Notes under the pieces: model-generated
What the model was told of the DNA's origin: nothing
The model's input: the letters and a program-made list of their open reading frames with translations, nothing else
The model's database searches: none
Part shown: piece by piece, positions 58,473 through 64,000 of the stretch
Numbering within the stretch: position 1 is the first letter of the stretch
Layout of the letters: every line of letters starts with the position of its first letter
Assembly: GCA_043228905.1 (NCBI GenBank)
Contig: JBHGNT010000011.1
Span: 12,090,001-12,154,000 of the forward strand
Source of the DNA: Azolla caroliniana
Taxonomy: Eukaryota; Plantae; Polypodiophyta
DNA length: 64,000 nucleotides
Direction: 5' to 3'
Program-made: the position numbers and the translations under genes

Positions 58473-59159
58473 ACGTGTTCACACTTAGAGATACATTTTG
58501 GAAGGAGTCAGCCTTTTATGCCAATAAATAATGTTGCGATCATAAAATCTATCAAAAGTTGTTGAGATGAACTTGGTCTGGACATCACCACCTCTACAAC
58601 TTCCTCTTCTACACAATCCTTCGCATCTTTCTCATTGTTTTCATAAAATCCAAATGCAAAGCATTAACAAAATCACGAAGATTGTCAACATCATAATCAT
58701 CCCCAATAACATCTTTCTTGCCAAGAAATGCAGCATATGATTTTTTCTCACGATTTGTCAATTTGATACATATTTGTCATTTGTGATTCTCTCTCTCTCT
58801 CTCTCTCTTTTGGTGAAAACACACAATTATATTAATAAATGTGTGTAAAAAGCACAACTTACAATGGCTGTGACCATGAAGTATGGTCACCCACTAACTG
58901 CACTACACTACATGGGTAATGGAACATGTTGAATTGCCAATAGGCAAGACGAACATTCCACCGAGGAAAGGATTTCCACTTGCTCCAATAAACAAAATTG
59001 CCACATTAGTACTCCCTTCAACTTTCATAGATATGCTTTCACTCCATGTCTACCATCAAATACAAAAGTGTTGTGCATATTCCAATTATGACGCAATCCC
59101 CAATATCTCAAAAATAGAAAAACAATCTCCATCTCTGACTTTGGGTTCACCTGTGTAAA

Positions 59160-62100
59160 TTGTGCAAACACCCACTGTCTAGGTGTCAAATAACACCGTG
59201 ATAAAACTTGCCAAATTTGAGAAATGTAACTCCAAATCTAAGAAGCAATCAAACATTGTATAAATCGATGAGTACTATCTTCCATTTGAACAATGCAAAA
59301 AAAGCAATTACCCGTTGCTAGTCCACAACCCTTTAGAGTTAATCCCAAAAGCAATCCTCCAATCAAAACTCTCCAAATGAAGACCTTTGCTACAAGTGGC
59401 AATTTAGAATGCCAACTACGTTGTAAGATTTGCCACCACCCATGATCAGATTTGTGTAATCTCCATTCTTCTTCAGCCTTAGATGATAACCATCCAAGAG
59501 ACTCAACAGAGCAATGATACAAAAGATTAGTAGTCACTTGTAACAATGATGTTTGACCCTTTAAACACCAATCAATCCACGGTTGTTCTCCTTTTTGTAG
59601 AGGTAAGGGACCTTGCATCAATGGAATATTTCGTAGTTGTTGCCAAATAAACCCATAATTAGGCAGAATGCGTAATAATTGTCGTGCTTCAACAAACTTC
59701 AAAATTCTTTGAGATGGAACCTCAACTATATCTCCCACCTCTTTGACCCCCAAACGAAACAAACGATTAAATTGAGAGTGTAATCTCTCCTTTCCTGGCC
59801 AACATAAGAATCGAGAAGACACAAGTAACTCTTTTTGCAAAGAATTACAATGCTCTCTACTAGATGATGGTTTCCATACACATAACAAGAGTGCTTCTTG
59901 CCATGAGGTAACCAAGTGTTTAACACATGTAGAGCCCGGAATCCTAAGTGAAATACATCCATTTAGTAATTGCCACCATGAAGCCTTAATTGTCCTCCCA
60001 TGTGTTAAACCCTTGTTCTCAATAAAATATTGAACAATAGATATCCATGGTTGTGAGTTTGAACACATGTCTTGTAATAATGAAAATCTACGAGCCATCA
60101 TATGCTTAGATAAGTTCAATACTCCAGGTCTCCCCAAGCGCTTAGGAGTTGCTAGATGATTCCATGCAACCCAAGGGATTCCCATCTTATCCCTTTTCTT
60201 CCACAACAAATATCGAAGAGGTTGTAAAATAGAATGCAAAGCCTTCTTTGTCCACGGTAGCAATGGCAAGTAATATAATATCATAGGTTCAATAATACAT
60301 TGTACAACCTTCAAACGTACATGAAATGGCCAAGATTGTGATTTCCAATACATGAACTTATCCCTCAACTTACTAGACATCCATTCAATCAATTGACCAT
60401 TTGTAACATTCATTCCTAATGGATAGCCCAAGTGTCGAAAAATAGAGCCTTTCTTCACCACGGATCCTTGCCATCCTAAACATTCCAAATCCCTTTCAGT
60501 ACATGATATGAGACTAGACTTCCTCCAATGAATATGTAATCTGGAAGCCAATGCAAATTGGTTCCATACAAGCATCCCCTTCTCAAGATTCTCTCGTGAG
60601 GCTTGTAGAAACATGAAAGAATCATCAACCAAAGCTTGTGCAACTAGTTGCCCTCGAGATGGAAGGTGTAGACCCACAATATCACCATTTGTTGCAAGCC
60701 TTGATAGCATCACTAACAAGGGATGAGTAACAATAGCAAACAACAACCGGCTAATAGGGCATCCTTGACAAACGGATCTTGTAAGGGCAATATCTGATGT
60801 AACTCCTCCATTAAGCTGTTGGGAGATAGGTCCCTCCAGATGGGAAATGGTATGATGAGTACCCGGCTACGGAGAGCCGGATGGTGCAGGCCCGGTATGA
60901 ACCGGATGAAGAGTACCCGGCTACGGAGAGCCGGATGTGCAGGCCCGGTATGAACCGGAGGAAGAGACATATTCGTAAATATGTTTCTGAGAGCCCATCG
61001 AGGCTATATTTGTAAATAGCCGAAAAGTCATATTAGTATAAATATGACTTAGGGCAAACTTTTAGTGTATATTGTAGTTGTTGTCATTCTTCCTTGTTGG
61101 TGCAAGAAGAAGAGAGAGCGTGTAACTGTACAGAGAGAGTGAGAGAGACGAGGTCGTTGCCTCTGTTGTAACCGCCGCCTGTGGCGAAGATCGGAGAGCA
61201 CGAGGTCGTTGCCTCAGTGAACTCACTGTTGTATATTCCTACATAGTGACAGTTTGCAGCCTGTGGGCTGCCGTGGTTTTTTTCCCCTAGTTTGGGGTTT
61301 TCCACGTAAACCTCCTGTGTACCATTTCTCCTCTTTGTGTCGCGTTTCATTACCTGTTTTTTTTCTGTGTATGAAAAGAATCTCGGTTGTGGCCGAGCGT
61401 CGCGCATAAGGAACGTTGCGTTCCTGTCATAAGCATGACTCGAGACACCGCATCTTGTCCTAATAAAAATATGAGGCGAGACATACGAGGTTCAAAGCCC
61501 ATTGTATATATTAACCCAGAAACAAAGGACCAATTAACATGATCATAAGCTTTCTCCAAATCTAATTGCACCATAATTAATTCTTGATGAGTGTTTTGAG
61601 CATAATCCACGGTCATTTGAACATTCAACACATTATGCAATATATTCCTACCTGCAATAAAACCTTATTGGGCGGGATGTATCAACTTTGGCAAATACTT
61701 TTGTAATCTATTTGCCAAGACCTTTGTAAATATCTTATACAACCCCCCCATCAAAGAAATAGGTCTCCATTGATTAAATGACTCTGGAGATGCCACCTTT
61801 GGAACTAATTTAATTAGACCAACCTTCCAAGCTGGAGGCATACAACCAGAATCCCAAGAATGTTGAAACATCAAAGTTAAGGACCCCTTTAAAATGTGTG
61901 AATATCACTTAAAAACTTCATTTGTCAAGCAATCCCAACCAGGGCTCTTACCACTAGGAAGATGCCTTAAAACTGTGTCCACCTCATCCTTAGTGAAATC
62001 CGCATCCAATTCATGACTAATGAGGTCATGCACAATACATCCAACCACATCATAAAACTCATGACGTGCTCTACTCACCTCATTTGTCATTAACAATCGT

Positions 62101-63268
62101 GGGCCAATCAACTCCTTAAAGTAATGAACACATATGTCAATTATTTTAGTAGGATCGACTATCCATTCATCACCTTGCTTCACATGTACCACATTAGATC
62201 GAGTATAAGTAGGATGTAACGCTTGGAAAAACAAATGGGATTGACATTGATTATCTATGAGCCCATCCCTCAATTGTCGCATCTTCGCATAACGATAACT
62301 TTGGCATTGCAACTGAGAAATGATAACATGCAATTGACTTTGGATATCCAAAAGCTCCTCATCTAAAGGTGCACGTATCAATAATGCATTACACCTAGAG
62401 AGAACTTGTGAGAATTTTAGAAGAAGACCTCCTCTTCGTTGAGCATTAGTTACTCCATACATACGATGAACGATCTTAATATTTTGTAATGTGATATCCC
62501 ATGCTTTAATTCCTTTAATATTCACTTCTTGTGAAAAATTTAATAAAATTTGCTCCATGAGAGAATCAAAGTGAGGTTGAAGCAAAAGAGAAGAGTTAAA
62601 GCGTAATGGAGGCTTTCCAAGTAAAGATTTATACATGTCAATTGCATGACCACAAATCTCCAAACAAATAGGAAAATGATCTGAAGTTCCTACATCTTGT
62701 AAAACTGCCATACGAAGTGATGTCGGTAAAAAAGAATCGTTATGCATCACATATATTCTATCTAACCGACTCCATGTTTGTCTATGTTGAGCGGATTGGA
62801 AAGTAAAACTTGGATTGTTCCCATGCAACCATGTCCAAACATCCAACTTCAAAACCTCCACAGCCAATGAATCCCAAGCAAGTTGCTCAAGATCATCCAT
62901 GATTGAATGTTCAGACGTAGATTGAGATACATCAACACACATGTTAAAATCACCCATAAGTAATCCTGGATGGCCCACACATAGGGTTTGACGAAGTGAG
63001 CCCCATAATGCAATACATTGAGTGGCTTGGTTAGGGGCATAAATCCCAACCACCCACACAACCTTGCCAAAAAAAGTGATTTCTAGAACCAAAAACCGAC
63101 CATAAGGATCATTATGCACCACCTGAGGAAAATACTTATCCCGCACGATTAATACCACACCTAAATAATCATTATTAAGATGTCCTGCATAGAATGATGA
63201 ATATCCACGCAAATGAACTGTGGATCCTGCTAAATCATGACACTTATGCTCAACTGCACATAATATAT
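59160..63268 (-). mobile_element. L1-clade LINE ORF2 (EN-RT-Zn finger), disrupted
   Basis: GIYAPN, MGDFN, SRLDRIY, SDHFP, KSPGWD, WRPISL, LDLEKAYDHVNW, QGCP, LVDD, RHLGYPLG, CFFC...H. 3' boundary approximate. Confidence 0.9.
60817..61429 (+). mobile_element. solo LTR inserted in L1 RT, TSD TAAGC; contains a ~53-bp tandem repeat (~60858-60966)
   Basis: TGTTGG...TGTCA; shares tgtaaatag, cttagggcaa, cgttgcctctgt and gtggtttt..ccc...tttccacgt blocks with solo LTR 6337-6916. Confidence 0.9.
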
Positions 63269-64000
63269 TGTCAAGATTTGAACTCTTGACACGACCATGT
63301 TATAATATAGTATCATGGGTTAACCAATATATCTAATACACAGTTATGTATGTAATTGGTCCTTATTGTTTTGCTAGCATCATGTGCATAGTTGCTCCCT
63401 TGTAGTATTTATACTTGGCACATGCATGCATACCTACATGCTCTATTGTAGATTCACATGCGTGCAACAAGTATGCATGCCATGTAGTATAAATAGAGGA
63501 GTTCACCTTGAAGGAATTCAAGGTGAACAACACCAGTTATGGAGTCTTTTCGTTAATAGTACTCATCCATTTGTCTATCTTCTTTCTTGTCTCTTGAGCT
63601 TATGATCTATCCGTGACAGTTTATTCACCTTCCCATCCTCATAGCTCTCCCTCTCATAAGCCATAGCTATGTCCGACTCAACTAGTGAGTTAGGCCAAAT
63701 AATGGTAGCCTTACAACAACTCCAACTTGAAAATGAAGCTCTTCGAAATTCTTTACAAGAACTTCAAGTTGGTGCCTCCCTATCCTCACAACCCCCGAAG
63801 CCTAGTCTCCCACAACAACCTAGCCTAGAGCCTGATCTTCTACCAACATCTAGCCTAGCTTCGTCACATTTTCTTGAGCCTAAGGTTAGCCTCCCAGAAA
63901 AATTTGATGGAACGAGGTCGCGTTTCCGAGGGTCCATCAACCAAGTTCGACTTATCATTCGGCTACAACCTCAACATTATGGAGATGGTCTTCGACAAGT
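63269..64000 (+). mobile_element. second Tcn1-like chromovirus (5' LTR 63269-63618 plus start of gag); runs off window end
   Basis: TGTCAAG...GTGACA; TATA at 63488; self-priming-type PBS gtttattcacctt. LTR start inferred from the end of LINE homology. Confidence 0.8.
63669..64000 (+). CDS. gag: chromovirus Gag, N-terminal part (partial)
   Basis: MSDSTSELGQIM...EPKVSLPEKFDGTRSRFRGSINQVRLII is homologous to Gag 17841-19001. Confidence 0.85.
   Translation, partial: MSDSTSELGQIMVALQQLQLENEALRNSLQELQVGASLSSQPPKPSLPQQPSLEPDLLPTSSLASSHFLEPKVSLPEKFDGTRSRFRGSINQVRLIIRLQPQHYGDGLRQ

Larger units (their letters stand above)
52698..58526 (-). mobile_element. old degenerate Ty1/copia element, TSD AATAA
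   Basis: LTRs 52698-53273 and 57407-58526 (split by a solo LTR); Met-i PBS 57393-57404; PPT ataggggag; remnants NIADCLTKPL, IPYASVVGSIMYAMV, VRHVPEVKRSLVSIG. Confidence 0.9.

Overview
This 64-kb window is eukaryotic, almost certainly land-plant (probably seed-free, e.g. fern; inferred from the TE lineages), and is almost entirely a pile of nested retrotransposons. It holds two Ty1/copia elements (1-3037; 52698-58526), two LINEs (RTE-X-like with ORF1, ~3043-7990; L1-like, ~59160-63268) and a 36-kb Tat/Athila-like Ty3/gypsy element (14777-51121) with a long extra ORF. That element hosts a chromovirus (17295-23258) and three copies of a GC-rich, tRNA-Trp-primed gypsy family (28611-49335, 31123-38288, 41912-48871). 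There are also several solo or partial LTRs, a second chromovirus at the right edge and a two-exon coiled-coil pseudogene. Main signals: (1) the Trp-primed family makes 4-bp TSDs that are CpG-centred at all 6 readable sites, and a 7th looks deaminated; (2) it expresses RT-RH-IN through a -1 frameshift placed after the protease, at G_GAT_TTT_TAG, with a pseudoknot supported by covariation; (3) LTRs of two unrelated gypsy lineages carry an antisense tRNA-derived A/B-box module in U3; (4) both chromoviruses show Tf1-type self-priming, and one has a heat-shock-element array; (5) an uncharacterised WxxW..ELQ..AD..N..KE domain is shared by the extra ORFs of two lineages. Coordinates, alignments and mismatch counts were made by eye; no database searches were run.
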